Notes under the pieces: model-generated
The model's database searches: none
The model's input: only the letters and a program-made list of their open reading frames with translations
What the model was told of the DNA's origin: nothing
Part shown: positions 7,614 to 18,000 of the stretch, piece by piece
Layout of the letters: every line of letters starts with the position of its first letter
How positions within the stretch are numbered: position 1 is the stretch's first letter
Translations under genes and position numbers: made by a program
Source of the DNA: an uncultured Oscillospiraceae bacterium
Lineage (GTDB): Bacteria; Bacillota; Clostridia; Oscillospirales; Oscillospiraceae
Direction: 5' to 3'
NCBI GenBank assembly: GCA_902478785.1
Contig: CABSMJ010000009.1
Location: forward strand, 33,861 to 97,860
DNA length: 64,000 nt

Positions 7614-7775
7614 ATGTTTATGCTGACCGCTCTGCTGAATACTCTGGTATTGCACATTGTTCTGGTTCTGGTACTGGTACTGCTGGTAGGGAAACAGGAT
7701 AGTGTGTTTGGTCATGCAGTGAACAGGAAGGTATCCGCCGGCTATTGCCGGGTTCAGGCGGCAAAACGCCGCTAA
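7614..7775 (+). CDS. Putative ilvBN attenuator leader peptide (53 aa)
   Basis: Strong RBS GAAGGAG; MFMLTALLNTLVLHIVLVLVLVLLVG... has 17 of the first 25 codons as I/L/V; followed by a terminator before ilvB. Confidence 0.75.
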   Translation: MFMLTALLNTLVLHIVLVLVLVLLVGKQDSVFGHAVNRKVSAGYCRVQAAKRR

Positions 7776-7790
7776 AGGGTGAATTCTTGA

Positions 7791-7830
7791 AAGTCCGTGA
7801 TCCGACACAGGGTCACGGGCTTTTTTGTTT
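7791..7830 (+). terminator. Attenuator terminator upstream of ilvB
   Basis: AAGTCCGTGATCC-GACACA-GGGTCACGGGCTT followed by TTTTGTTT. Confidence 0.8.
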
Positions 7831-7861
7831 CCCCAAATCACTTGGAAAGAAGGTAAGGTTC

Positions 7862-9496
7862 ATGGAAATGACAGGTGCTGAGATTTTGGTGCAGGGACTG
7901 CTGCGTGAGAACGTGGACCAGCTGTTCGGCTATGCCGGCGCTACCATCTGCCCTCTGATGGACGCGCTGAAGGCCACGCCCCAGATTCACTACACACTGG
8001 TCCGCACAGAGCAGAACGCAGGCCATATGGCCTCCGGCTACGCCCGGGTCACGGGAAAGGTAGGCGTATGCCTAGTGACCTCCGGCCCCGGTGCCACCAA
8101 TCTCATCACCGGCATTGCCACAGCCTATATGGACTCCATTCCCATGGTGGCCATCACCGGCCAGGTGCCCTCCGGGCTGCTGGGCCGGGATATCTTCCAG
8201 GAGGTGGATATCACCACCGCGGTGTCCCCCTTCACCAAGCACAACTATCTGGTCAAGGACGCCGCCCAGCTGCCGCAGATTTTGAAGGAGGCCTTTTATA
8301 TCGCCTCCACCGGCCGACCCGGCCCGGTGCTTATCGACATCCCCATCGACATCCAGGAGCAGAAGGTGGAGCACGTGATCTTCCCGGAGGAGGTTCAGAT
8401 CCGCGGGTATCACCCCAGCATCCGGGGCAATGAAAAGCAGATCCGGCGGGTGGCGGAGGTCATCTCCAAGGCCCGCCAGCCCCTGATCTGCGCCGGCGGC
8501 GGTGTGTGGCTGGCCCACGCCCGGGACGAACTGCTGGAGCTGGCCGAGCGCTACTCCATCCCCCTGGTCAAGACCATGATGGGCATTTCTCTGATGCCCA
8601 CAGACCACCCTCTGAATATGGGCATGATCGGCGCCCACGGCAATGCCTGCGCCAACAAGGCACTGGTGAAGGCGGACCTGCTCATCATGGTGGGCTGCCG
8701 GGCGGCGGACCGGACCATCCTCTCCCCCAGTGAGATCCAGCGGCGCATGGCCACCATCCACATCGATGTGGACCCGGCGGAGATCGGCAAGAATATGGAC
8801 GCCGCCATCCCCCTGGTGGGCGATGTGAAGGTCATTTTGCGCCAGCTGCTGGAGCTGGACGCCCCGGCGCCGGATTCCGAGGACTGGCGTAGACAGCTCA
8901 AGGAGTACCGCCAGGCGGAGCTGACTCGCACCTTCCCCCGGCGGGAGGGCTCCGTGTTCCCCGGCACGGTGCTCCGAGAGCTGGGCCGTCAGCTGGGAGA
9001 CGACGCGGCGGTGTGCGTGGACGTGGGCCAGAATCAGATCTTTACCTGCAAGTATCTGCCCCAGAAGAAGGGGCGGCTGCTGACCAGCGGAGGCCTTGGC
9101 ACCATGGGCTACGCCGTTCCGGCGGCCATCGGCGTCAAGATCGCCCAGCCGGAGCGACAGGTGGTGGCCATCTGCGGCGACGGCTCCTTCCAGATGTCCA
9201 TGAATGAGCTGGCGGCGGTCCGCTGCACCGGAATGGATCTGAAGATCCTGGTGTTCCAGAACCACACCCTGGGCCTGGTCCATCAGATCCAAAAGACCCC
9301 GCCCTATCACGGGCCGGTGGGCGTGGACCTGGAGGGGTCTCCGGACTTCACCGTAATCGCCTCCGCCTACGACATCCCCAGCTTAGTGCTGGATGACGAG
9401 GACCGGATCACCGAGACCCTGGAGCGTTTCCTGGGCACAAAGGGCAGCTGCATTTTGATCTGTGAGGTTCACCCGGATGTGGGGACCAATGACTAA
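7862..9496 (+). CDS. ilvB: Acetolactate synthase large subunit
   Basis: TGAEIL, TSGPGATN, FQEVD, GRPGPVLID, SGGLGTMGY and ThDP motif GDGSFQM...N. Confidence 0.96.
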   Translation: MEMTGAEILVQGLLRENVDQLFGYAGATICPLMDALKATPQIHYTLVRTEQNAGHMASGYARVTGKVGVCLVTSGPGATNLITGIATAYMDSIPMVAITGQVPSGLLGRDIFQEVDITTAVSPFTKHNYLVKDAAQLPQILKEAFYIASTGRPGPVLIDIPIDIQEQKVEHVIFPEEVQIRGYHPSIRGNEKQIRRVAEVISKARQPLICAGGGVWLAHARDELLELAERYSIPLVKTMMGISLMPTDHPLNMGMIGAHGNACANKALVKADLLIMVGCRAADRTILSPSEIQRRMATIHIDVDPAEIGKNMDAAIPLVGDVKVILRQLLELDAPAPDSEDWRRQLKEYRQAELTRTFPRREGSVFPGTVLRELGRQLGDDAAVCVDVGQNQIFTCKYLPQKKGRLLTSGGLGTMGYAVPAAIGVKIAQPERQVVAICGDGSFQMSMNELAAVRCTGMDLKILVFQNHTLGLVHQIQKTPPYHGPVGVDLEGSPDFTVIASAYDIPSLVLDDEDRITETLERFLGTKGSCILICEVHPDVGTND

Positions 9497-9511
9497 AGAG
9501 GAGGAGAGGAT

Positions 9512-9997
9512 ATGAAACAGACTATTTCCGTGCTGGTGGAGAACCGGGCGGGGGTTTTGAACCGCATCACCAGCCTCTTTTCCCGCCGGGCCTTCAATAT
9601 CGACTCCCTGGCGGTGGGCGTCACCGACGACCCCTCTCTCTCCCGCATCACCATCATCGTAGACAACGGAAACAGCGTAGTGGAGCAGGTGGAAAAGCAG
9701 CTCAACAAGCTCATCGAGGTCATCAAGGTCCGCACCCTGGACGAGAGCACCCTCATCGGCCGGGAGCTGATGCTCATCAAGGTCAGCGCCAACAAGGGCA
9801 CCCGGGAGCAGATCATGACCATCTGCGGCATCTGCGGCGCCAAGGTGGCGGACATCTCTCCCACCTCCATGACCATGGAGCTTTCTGACACCTCCGAGCG
9901 GGTGAACACCTTCGAGGATATGATGCGGCCCTTCGGCATCCTGGAGGTGGCCCGCACCGGCATGCTGGCCCTGCAAAAGGGTCCGGGAAAGATCTGA
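9512..9997 (+). CDS. ilvN: Acetolactate synthase small (regulatory) subunit
   Basis: ISVLVENRAGVLNRITSLFSRRAFNIDSL ACT domain; EVARTG. Confidence 0.97.
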   Translation: MKQTISVLVENRAGVLNRITSLFSRRAFNIDSLAVGVTDDPSLSRITIIVDNGNSVVEQVEKQLNKLIEVIKVRTLDESTLIGRELMLIKVSANKGTREQIMTICGICGAKVADISPTSMTMELSDTSERVNTFEDMMRPFGILEVARTGMLALQKGPGKI

Positions 9998-10014
9998 GCC
10001 CTGATACCGGAAAT

Positions 10015-10056
10015 AAAAGACCGGGAGACACACTTTGGTGTGTCTCCCGGTTTTTT
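10015..10056. terminator. Bidirectional terminator between ilvN and pflB
   Basis: ACCGGGAGACACAC-TTTG-GTGTGTCTCCCGGT flanked by A and T runs. Confidence 0.9.
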
Positions 10057-10075
10057 ACTGCGGAGAGGAAGCCTG

Positions 10076-12319
10076 TCAGACCGCGGTGTGGAAGGTCCGG
10101 CGGACCACTTCCTCCTGCTGCTCCCGGCTCAGGCGGTTGAAGTTCACCGCATAGCCGGAGACCCGGATGGTCAGGCTGGGGTACTTCTCCGGGTGGTCCA
10201 TGGCGTCCAGCAGGGTCTCCCGGTGCAGCACGTTCACATTGAGATGGTGGGCGCCCTGGGAGAAATAGCCGTCCAGGATGGACACCAGGTTGGCTACCCG
10301 CTGGCTGTCATCCTTGCCCAGGGCCTCGGGAACGATGGTGAAGGTGTTGGACACGCCGTCCTGGCAGACGTTGCGGTAGGGGATCTTGGCCACGGAGTTG
10401 AGGCTGGCCAGAGCACCATTCACGTCCCGGCCGTGCATGGGATTGGCGCCGGGGGCGAAGGGCTCCCCGGCCTTGCGGCCGTCGGGGGTGGTGCCGGTCT
10501 TTTTGCCGTACATCACGTTGGAAGTGATGGTCAGGGCGGAGAGGGTGTGGATAGCGTTCCGGTACAGAGGGTGCTTTTTCAGTTCGGCGGAGAAGTAGGA
10601 CACCAGCTCCACGGCGATGTCGTCCACCCGGTCGTCGTCATTGCCGTACTTGGGGAAGTCCCCCTCGATGGCAAAGTCCACGGCGATGCCCGCCGCGTTG
10701 CGGATGGGACGGACCTTGGCGAACTTGATGGCGGAGAGGGAGTCGGCGGCGATGGAGAGGCCCGCCACACCGAAGGCCGCCAGCCGCTCTACCAGGGTGT
10801 CGTGAAGGGCCATCTGGCTGCTCTCATAGGCGTACTTGTCGTGCATATAGTGGATGATGTTGATGGTGTCCACATAGAGCTCCGCCACATAGGCCAATAC
10901 CTTTTTATAGTTGCCCAGCACCTTGGGGTAGTCCAGTACCTCGTCCAAGTCGTGCTCGATGCCGGGGACCACCTCCATGCCCTTCTTCTCGTCCATGCCG
11001 CCGTTGATGGCGTAGAGCAGGCTCTTGGCCAGGTTGGCCCGGGCGCCGAAGAACTGCATCTGCTTGCCAACGGCCATGGCGGACACGCAGCAGGCGATGC
11101 AGTAATCGTCGCCGTACAGAGGCCGCATGAGCTCGTCGCTCTCATACTGGATGGAGTCGGTCTGGATGCTCATTTTGGAGCAGTAGTCCTTGAAGGCCTG
11201 GGGCAGGTTTTTGCTCCACAGCACGGTCAGGTTGGGCTCCGGGGCGGTGCCCAGATTGGTCAAGGTGTGGAGATAGCGGAAGGAGTTCTTGGTCACCAGG
11301 GTCCGGCCGTCCACGCCCATGCCGCCGATGGATTCGGTGACCCAGGTGGGGTCGCCGCCGAAGAGCTCGTTGTACTCCGGGGTGCGCAGGTGGCGCACCA
11401 GGCGCAGCTTGATGACGAACTGGTCGATGAGCTCCTGGGCCCCCTCCTCGTCCAGCACGCCGTTGTCCAGGTCCCGCTGGATGTAGATGTCCAGGAAGGT
11501 GGCCGTGCGGCCCAGGGAGGTGGCGGCGCCGTTGTTCTCCTTGATGCCGGCAAGATAAGCCATGTACAGGTTCTGTACCGCCTCATGGGCATTTTCCGCC
11601 GGGCGGGTGATGTCGCAGCCGTACTTGGCGGCCATGGAGGCCATCTCCTCCAGAGCCCGGATCTGCATCTGGACCTCCTCCCGCAGGCGGATGCGCTCGT
11701 CGGTCATGGGGCCGTCCAGCATATCCAGGTCCTTGCGCTTTTCCTCGATGAGGAAGTCTGTGCCGTACAGAGGCACCCGGCGGTAGTCGCCTACGATGCG
11801 GCCCCGGCCGTAGGCGTCGGGCAGGCCGGTGAGCAGGCCCGCGGACCGGGCTAGGCGGGTGCGCTTGGGATAGGCGTCAAAGACGCCGTCGTTGTGGGTC
11901 TTGCGGTAGAGGCGGAAGTGCTTTTCCACCTCCGGGTCCAGGTGATAGCCGTACTGCTCCAGAGCGGAGGTGGCCATGCGCATGCCGCCGTAGAGGTTGA
12001 CAATGCGCTTGAGGGGGGCATCGGTCTGCAGTCCCACGATGACCTCGTTGTCCCGGTCAATGTAGCCGGGGGCGAAGTTGTCGATGCCGGAGACCACGTG
12101 GGTCTCCACGTCGATGATACCCTTCTGGATCTCCTCCAGGATCAGCGCCTCCGCCTTCTCCCAGACCTTGGCGGTCTTGGGGGAGATGGGGGCCAGGAAA
12201 CTGTCGTCTCCCTCGTAGGGGGTGTAGTTCTTCTGAATAAAGTTGCGCACATTCACCAGGTGGCGCCATTCGCCGGTGCGAAATCCCTTCCAAGCGGTGC
12301 AGTTGACATCAATGCTCAT
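10076..12319 (-). CDS. pflB: Pyruvate formate-lyase (formate C-acetyltransferase)
   Basis: [30 protein letters not shown], active-site IACCVS and glycyl-radical loop TIRVSGYAV. Confidence 0.98.
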   Translation of the reverse strand: MSIDVNCTAWKGFRTGEWRHLVNVRNFIQKNYTPYEGDDSFLAPISPKTAKVWEKAEALILEEIQKGIIDVETHVVSGIDNFAPGYIDRDNEVIVGLQTDAPLKRIVNLYGGMRMATSALEQYGYHLDPEVEKHFRLYRKTHNDGVFDAYPKRTRLARSAGLLTGLPDAYGRGRIVGDYRRVPLYGTDFLIEEKRKDLDMLDGPMTDERIRLREEVQMQIRALEEMASMAAKYGCDITRPAENAHEAVQNLYMAYLAGIKENNGAATSLGRTATFLDIYIQRDLDNGVLDEEGAQELIDQFVIKLRLVRHLRTPEYNELFGGDPTWVTESIGGMGVDGRTLVTKNSFRYLHTLTNLGTAPEPNLTVLWSKNLPQAFKDYCSKMSIQTDSIQYESDELMRPLYGDDYCIACCVSAMAVGKQMQFFGARANLAKSLLYAINGGMDEKKGMEVVPGIEHDLDEVLDYPKVLGNYKKVLAYVAELYVDTINIIHYMHDKYAYESSQMALHDTLVERLAAFGVAGLSIAADSLSAIKFAKVRPIRNAAGIAVDFAIEGDFPKYGNDDDRVDDIAVELVSYFSAELKKHPLYRNAIHTLSALTITSNVMYGKKTGTTPDGRKAGEPFAPGANPMHGRDVNGALASLNSVAKIPYRNVCQDGVSNTFTIVPEALGKDDSQRVANLVSILDGYFSQGAHHLNVNVLHRETLLDAMDHPEKYPSLTIRVSGYAVNFNRLSREQQEEVVRRTFHTAV

Positions 12320-13055
12320 AGCTCCCATTCCTTTCCTGTTTTGTGCCCCGGCGGCAGATTTCATTGAGCCGCCGGTTCCATTTCTCCAATTTTGTTCCGT
12401 CCATAGGGAGAACGCCCTCCAGGGCGTAGGGGATGCCCAGCTTGCGGTACTTCTCCACTCCCATGGTGTGGTAGGGCAGTAGCTCCACCCGCTCCACCCC
12501 TGGAAGGGTGGCGATGTATTCGCCCAGGGCGGTGAGATGGTCCTCTCCATCCGTCAGGCCCGGCACCACCACATGGCGCACCCACATGGGCACGTTGGCC
12601 GCCTGCACCGCCTCCACAAAGGCCAGGGTGGCGTCCATGTCCCGGCCGGTGATGGTCCGGTAGCCCTGGGGGTCGAAGTGTTTGACGTCGTAGAGCACCA
12701 GGTCCGTGTGGGCTAAAATTTCCCCGTAATCTCCCAGCCCCACGCCCGAGGTGTCCAGACAGGTGTGGATTCCCTCTGCCTTGAGAAGCTTGAGGCACTC
12801 CAGCAAAAATTCCGGCTGTCCCAGAGGCTCGCCGCCGGAAAAGGTCACGCCGCCGGAGTCTCCGAAATAGGGGCGGAAGCGCACCAGTCGCCGGCACAGC
12901 TCCTGGGCGGAGATCTCCTGCCCGCCGCCCCGCTGGGTGTCCGGATTGTGGCAGTAGAGGCACCGCAGGGGGCAACCCTGAAGAAACACCACGGACCGGA
13001 CGCCGGGCCCGTCCACCAGTCCCATGGACTCGATGGAGTGGATGCGTCCTGTCAT
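12309..13055 (-). CDS. pflA: PFL-activating enzyme (radical SAM)
   Basis: [39 protein letters not shown]. Confidence 0.97.
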   Translation of the reverse strand: MTGRIHSIESMGLVDGPGVRSVVFLQGCPLRCLYCHNPDTQRGGGQEISAQELCRRLVRFRPYFGDSGGVTFSGGEPLGQPEFLLECLKLLKAEGIHTCLDTSGVGLGDYGEILAHTDLVLYDVKHFDPQGYRTITGRDMDATLAFVEAVQAANVPMWVRHVVVPGLTDGEDHLTALGEYIATLPGVERVELLPYHTMGVEKYRKLGIPYALEGVLPMDGTKLEKWNRRLNEICRRGTKQERNGSYEH

Positions 13056-13085
13056 ATTACCCTCCCTTCCGCCTGGAAAAGGGTA

Positions 13086-13128
13086 TAAAAATACCGCCCA
13101 GGCACCTGAAAAAGTGTGCCCAGACGGT
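13086..13128 (-). terminator. Riboswitch expression-platform terminator
   Basis: Minus strand ACCGTCTGGGCAC...GTGCCTGGGCGGT-ATTTTT overlaps the aptamer 3' hairpin. Confidence 0.85.
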
Positions 13129-13187
13129 CGGCAATTCCGGTCTCATACTCCATGTGGTCCATCCACTTCCGTCAGTCATATGAGCCA
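13117..13187 (-). ncRNA. ZMP/ZTP (pfl-motif) riboswitch
   Basis: Minus strand CTCATATGACTGACGGAAGTGGATGGACCACATGGAGTATGAG...TGCCGACCGTCTGGGCA gives P1, P2 (GTGG/CCAC), pseudoknot GACGG/CCGTC and CTGGGCA; upstream of pflA, with TTGACA at 13222-13217. Confidence 0.93.
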
Positions 13188-13346
13188 TTCTTACCATACA
13201 ACACCCTGCGGACAACTGTCAATGACGGCGTGATACGCTGCAAAAAATTCTCGCTTTTTAACGGAAAATTTACGGACAAAATGAGTTGTTTTAGCAAATC
13301 AAACGAAAAAACCGACACCGAGACGGGGAAAGGGGCCTTCGAGGCA

Positions 13347-13375
13347 TTGCTTTTTCCAGTGAAGGAGGGTATAGT
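13347..13375 (+). promoter_or_regulatory. Sigma-A promoter of the orphan membrane operon
   Basis: TTGCTT-N17-TATAGT. Confidence 0.6.
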
Positions 13376-13446
13376 TTGAGGTGGAAAATCCTGCCTGCTG
13401 CGGGAACTGCTTTGGAAAGAAATAAGAAAAAGAGGGAGCGTTTTTG

Positions 13447-15039
13447 ATGGAACCGAAAGTACAGAAAGAGCGGATCCGGGGCGTGCCCCGGCGCGGTGTG
13501 CTGCTGACGGTATCCGCTGTGCTGCTGATGGCGGGACCGGTGGTGAGCTGGATCTTGGGCAGAGTGGTGGAGAACTACTATTCCTCCATCCCGCTTTTCT
13601 ACTGCCTGCTGGTCGTGGCCGGCGGCGTACTGCTGCTGACGTCCCGGGGCAGGCGGGTCAACGATGCCGTCGGCGGCGCTCTGGCGCTGTTCGGTGCCGC
13701 CGTATTGGCCAATGGCGTGCTGATCCTGCTGGCCATGGCCGCTTGGGCAGTCTCTGCTCTGGGCACCTCCTGGAACAAGGTGCCTGGCTTTTTGCCGGAG
13801 AAGCTCCGGATGCCGGTGCTGAATCTGGTGGCTGCGGTGGTGCTTTTGCTGACCATCCTGCTGGATCTGCGGTATCGTATATCCCCTTTGTACCTGCTGC
13901 CCCGGGCGCTTTCCTTTGTGGGCGCGCTTTTACTGTGCGTTAATGTGGAGCCCCGGACCTATCTGCCCCAGAGCGCCCAGACCTGGGTGCCGGGGGAGAA
14001 GGGTGTGCGCTATCGCTCTGTCCCCAAAGCGGGCGCCCTGACCATTTTGGGCGCGCTGTTCCTGGTGGGCGACGGGGTGGATCAGCTGATGCAGCTGTTC
14101 CGGAGTGACTCTTTTGCGGCGCCCCCCCTGGGACTGCTCTGGCCGCTGCTGGTGGCGGCGGCAGGCGTCATGCTGCTGCTGCGGACCAACCGGGAGCGGT
14201 GGACCCTGGTGGCCGCGGCGCTGCTGCTCGTCTGCCAGTTCCGGACCCTTATCATACTGCGGCAGGTGGGTCTCTATTCCGACTCCGGAGCAGTCATGGA
14301 GCAGATCCAGGCGGCGGCCCTGCTCTTCCTTGGGGTGCTGCTGATGCTGCTGGGAGCCGTGGGCTTTACCTGGAACCGGCCTGTGGGCAAGAGGCGGCAA
14401 GTGCCTTTGCTCAATGTCATCGCCGCGGTTTTGGCGGCCGTCAACGGGATCTGGGTCCTGGCCAGCCGGGTCCAATCCATGTTCGGGCTTGTGACCAGCC
14501 TGAACCTCAACATGATCCTGAACCTACTTCTGTATGCCCTGCTGCCCCTTGGGCTGGTGCTGGTGAACCTGGCCATGGAGGGCCGTCAGGCCCCGCCCAA
14601 GGCCTGGAAGGTGGACGGCGACAAGTACAGCCGGGGCTTCAAGGGCTTTGTGGGCAGCTTCTATACCAATGTGGGCGGCAAGCTGCAGCTGCTGGCCAAG
14701 ATCAGCGGTGTGGTGTGCCTGATCCTGGGACTCCTGGGCGTTGTGATGATGCTTTTGAGCGTGCTGCTGTTGCTGCTGCAGCTCTTTGGCCTGCTCTCGC
14801 CCTACTTTGAGCCCCTGTCCCTGACCCTGAGCGGCCTCATCGCCGTGGTCAGTGCGCTGCTCTTGGCAGTCAGCACCTGGCCTCTGTACGCTTTCGGCCA
14901 GATCGTGGCCGATCTCCACGCCATCCGCCAGGACGGCGTCCGTGCCTCCGGCACCGCAGGTGAGGCGGAGGGCACCGGCTCTGCCGCGCCCAAGGCCTCC
15001 GCTGCCCAGGAAAACCCAGACGAGCTGCCGGAGCTGTAA
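13447..15039 (+). CDS. Hypothetical polytopic membrane protein (~14 TM) with internal duplication
   Basis: Long ORF with host-like codon usage, many hydrophobic helices and RBS GAGGGAG; no family recognised. Confidence 0.85.
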   Translation: MEPKVQKERIRGVPRRGVLLTVSAVLLMAGPVVSWILGRVVENYYSSIPLFYCLLVVAGGVLLLTSRGRRVNDAVGGALALFGAAVLANGVLILLAMAAWAVSALGTSWNKVPGFLPEKLRMPVLNLVAAVVLLLTILLDLRYRISPLYLLPRALSFVGALLLCVNVEPRTYLPQSAQTWVPGEKGVRYRSVPKAGALTILGALFLVGDGVDQLMQLFRSDSFAAPPLGLLWPLLVAAAGVMLLLRTNRERWTLVAAALLLVCQFRTLIILRQVGLYSDSGAVMEQIQAAALLFLGVLLMLLGAVGFTWNRPVGKRRQVPLLNVIAAVLAAVNGIWVLASRVQSMFGLVTSLNLNMILNLLLYALLPLGLVLVNLAMEGRQAPPKAWKVDGDKYSRGFKGFVGSFYTNVGGKLQLLAKISGVVCLILGLLGVVMMLLSVLLLLLQLFGLLSPYFEPLSLTLSGLIAVVSALLLAVSTWPLYAFGQIVADLHAIRQDGVRASGTAGEAEGTGSAAPKASAAQENPDELPEL

Positions 15040-15051
15040 GGGGAGGCTGCC

Positions 15052-18000
15052 ATGAGTGATCGCTATATCCGGCGCTTTGCCCTGCCGGAGCGGCTGTATA
15101 CGGCTTCCGCTCCGGTGGTGCTGGCGGCCGGCGTGCTGCTGGAGGACACCAGGACTCCCCGTCTGGTGGCCCAGCTGAAGTGGAAGAGCATCGCCCCCGG
15201 GACTCTGATCGCCCTGACCGTGGCGGTCAAGTGCCCGGAGGACACCGGGGAGACGGTGTTCACCTATTCCGATCTGCATATTGACCGGGGGCAGACCTTC
15301 GGCGTCTATACCGCTGTGGTCCTGCCCTGGGGCCCGCAGCGGACCATGGAGGTCCGTGCCCTGTCCGCCCTCTTTTCCGACGGCTCCGGCTGGACGGCGC
15401 CGGAGGATGCCCAGTGGGCGTCGCTGCCTGCTTTCGCGCCCCTTGCCCAGGCGGTGGCCCAGCCGGAGCTGCTGGCTCTGAGCGCCCTGCTGCCCCGGAA
15501 CCGGTATGCCTTCCGCAGGGACCGGGGGCTGTGGTACTGCCCCTGCGGCGGCGTGAACCAGGAGGCGGAGGCGGTCTGCCACCGCTGTGGCTGCGCCCGG
15601 GAGGAGGCGGAGCGCCTGGCCACCGCCGAGGGGCTCCGGCAGGTGCTCCGGGAGCGGGAAGAGGAGCGGACTCGCCTGGCTCAGGAGGAGGCCCAGCGCC
15701 GGGAGGAGGCCCGGGCCCAGGCCGAGGCCCACAAGGAGGCCGCCCGGCAGAAGCTCTCCGGCATCAAGGCCCGGTTCCGCCTGGGCTCTGCTCCGGGAGA
15801 GCCGACCCAGGAAACCCCGGAGCCTCTGGCTCCCCAGGAGACCGGAGAGACCGTTCCGGAGCCCCTGGAGGCGCCCGTTTCAGAGCCCCGGGAAGCATCT
15901 GCCCCGGTGGAGGGAGCGGACGCCGGTGCGCTGACGCCTGTGCCGGAGGAGGCGCTGGAGCCCCGGGAGGAAACTGCTCCCGTCCCGGCGGCCAAGCCCC
16001 GCCGGAAGAAGAAAAAGGCGTTGGGGATCGCCGCGGTGGTAGTGCTGCTGGCAGTGGCAGGGTTCTTGCTCCTGCCCCGGCTGCTGGGCGGTACGGATGC
16101 TGGCTTTGGCATCAGCCCCGCCCGGGAGCTCCATGTCACCGCCCCCGGCGACGGGGAGACCGTAATCCTCACCGTGGAGGAGGACCAGGAGGGCGTGTGC
16201 ACCGTCTCGCCGGAGCTGGTCCGCCAGCAGATCCCGGGAGTGGAGTATATGAATCTGGACGGCGTGCCCGACATGGGGGACGACATCGACCCTTATCTCA
16301 TCAACAGCTTCCAGATGGCCATACTGGTGACCAGCCGGGGCCAGTACGGCTCTGAGGGGGAGTGGGGCTCCTTTGACGCCAACCGTGACCCCAATAGTCC
16401 CCTGTGCCTGCTGCTCTATGACAGCAACTTCCACCTGATGGGCCACGCCGTAGGCGCGCCGGAAGCGGCGGGAGACGGACAGTGGCAGCTGGAGGTGACG
16501 CTGTGTGACTATGACTTCACGGCCCTCTATGAGGAGCAGCTCTCCGAATTTGAAGCCCAGCGGGCGGAGACCTTTGCCAACTACATCGCCCCGGAGGACA
16601 TCCAGGACTCCGGCGCCAAGTATTTCCTCACCGGCTACAACACCGGCCGGGGGCCCACATTGCTGCCCGGGGATGCCCAGACCTATCACCTCTGGGCCCA
16701 GTACACCTCGCCCTATGTGGAAAAGCACTGCCGGGAGATGGACCGGCTCCAGGACCGGCTGCCCCGGGATGACCGGTGGCGGTGCTTCTTGTTCCTGGAT
16801 GAGGACTATCAGCTGCTGGGCTACACCATGCTGGACTCCACAGGCGGCGGCGGTCAGGCCGCCAACACGGAGCTTACGCCCCTTGGCACCGTGGAGCTGA
16901 TCGTGGAGGAGAACAGCGACGGAAACTGCGAGTTTACGGAGGAGAAGCTGCGGCAGATCGTGCCGGAGATGGAATTTTTCAACTTCGAGGGCTTCGTGCC
17001 GGATCTGAGCGGCGATGTGAAGGCCTATGTGACCGACAGCCTCCACATGGCCTGGCTGGTGACCTCCCAGGGCCGGGAGCGGGGCGGACACTCCTCCGCC
17101 ACCTGGAACCTCTCGGAGGATCACCTCTTCACGCTGCTGCTTTACAGCGACTTCACCACCTTGTGCGGCTACTTCGTGGGCGCCCCGGAGGACCTGGGGG
17201 GAGGCCGGTGGCGCATGGAGATCACCCTGTGTGACTATGACTTCACCGCCCTCTACGAAGAGCAGGCTGCAGGCTACACCGCCGCCCCCCAGTTGCCGGA
17301 GATCGCCCAGGAGGATATCGCTTCCTGCGGCGCGGCTTATTACATCGAGCCGGTGAGCCAGCTCTCCGGCAGCGATGACTTCACCAACCGGGTGCGGCTC
17401 CAGAGCCTGTGGAGCCGGGCCACATCTCCCTATATCAGCCGGTTCCGCCGTTCTATCACCGATTTGCCCAACGCGGTCCGGTGGGCCACGGCGGAGCGGC
17501 CCTGCGACTATCTTTTACTGAACAGCTCCGGGCAGTACATGGGCTATGTGACCGTCACCGACGGGGAGCGGGTAGCCGGGATGCACTTCACCTTCCCCTC
17601 GAGGCTTTCCGCTTACGACGGCACGGTCTCACTGGACCTGACGGCGGAGGGGGAGTACTGCCCCCTGACACTGGAGCAGGTGAAAAAGGTGGTGCCCCAG
17701 ACCCGGTCCATGGAGTTCCGGGGGATGCCCAATTTGGGCGGCGTGGGGGAGTATCTGAAGGTCAGCGACCAGATGGCCTGGCTGGTGGCCTCCGGTGGCA
17801 CCCGTACCATGAACCAGACCTCCGGGCGGTTCTCTGTCCAGGACGGAAAAGCCCCGTTCCGGGCCCTGCTTTTGTACAGCAGCCCCACCACCCTCTGCGG
17901 CTATTACATCGGGACGCCCAGCCATGTGGGCGGGAATACCTGGCGCATGGACATCGTGCTGTGCGACTATGACTTCTCCAGCCTCTATGAAGGGCAGAAA

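Noticed and set aside
7740..7830. T-box riboswitch upstream of ilvB (AAAGGGTGAATTC resembles a T-box)
   Set aside because: Lacks the UGGN antiterminator bulge and a recognisable stem I / specifier loop; the leader-peptide model fits better, though cmscan is needed to exclude it fully
10076..12550. Extended N-termini in the ORF track for pflB and likewise ilvB, adh, MFS, spo0A, recG, folA and the anti-sigma
   Set aside because: Upstream in-frame starts lack an RBS or overlap neighbouring genes; starts were trimmed to RBS-supported, homology-consistent codons
16501..17990. Repeated CTGTG[TC]GACTATGACTTC as a diversity-generating retroelement TR/VR pair or CRISPR repeat
   Set aside because: All copies are in-frame coding (LCDYDF), differences are mostly synonymous and not adenine-specific, and no reverse transcriptase is present
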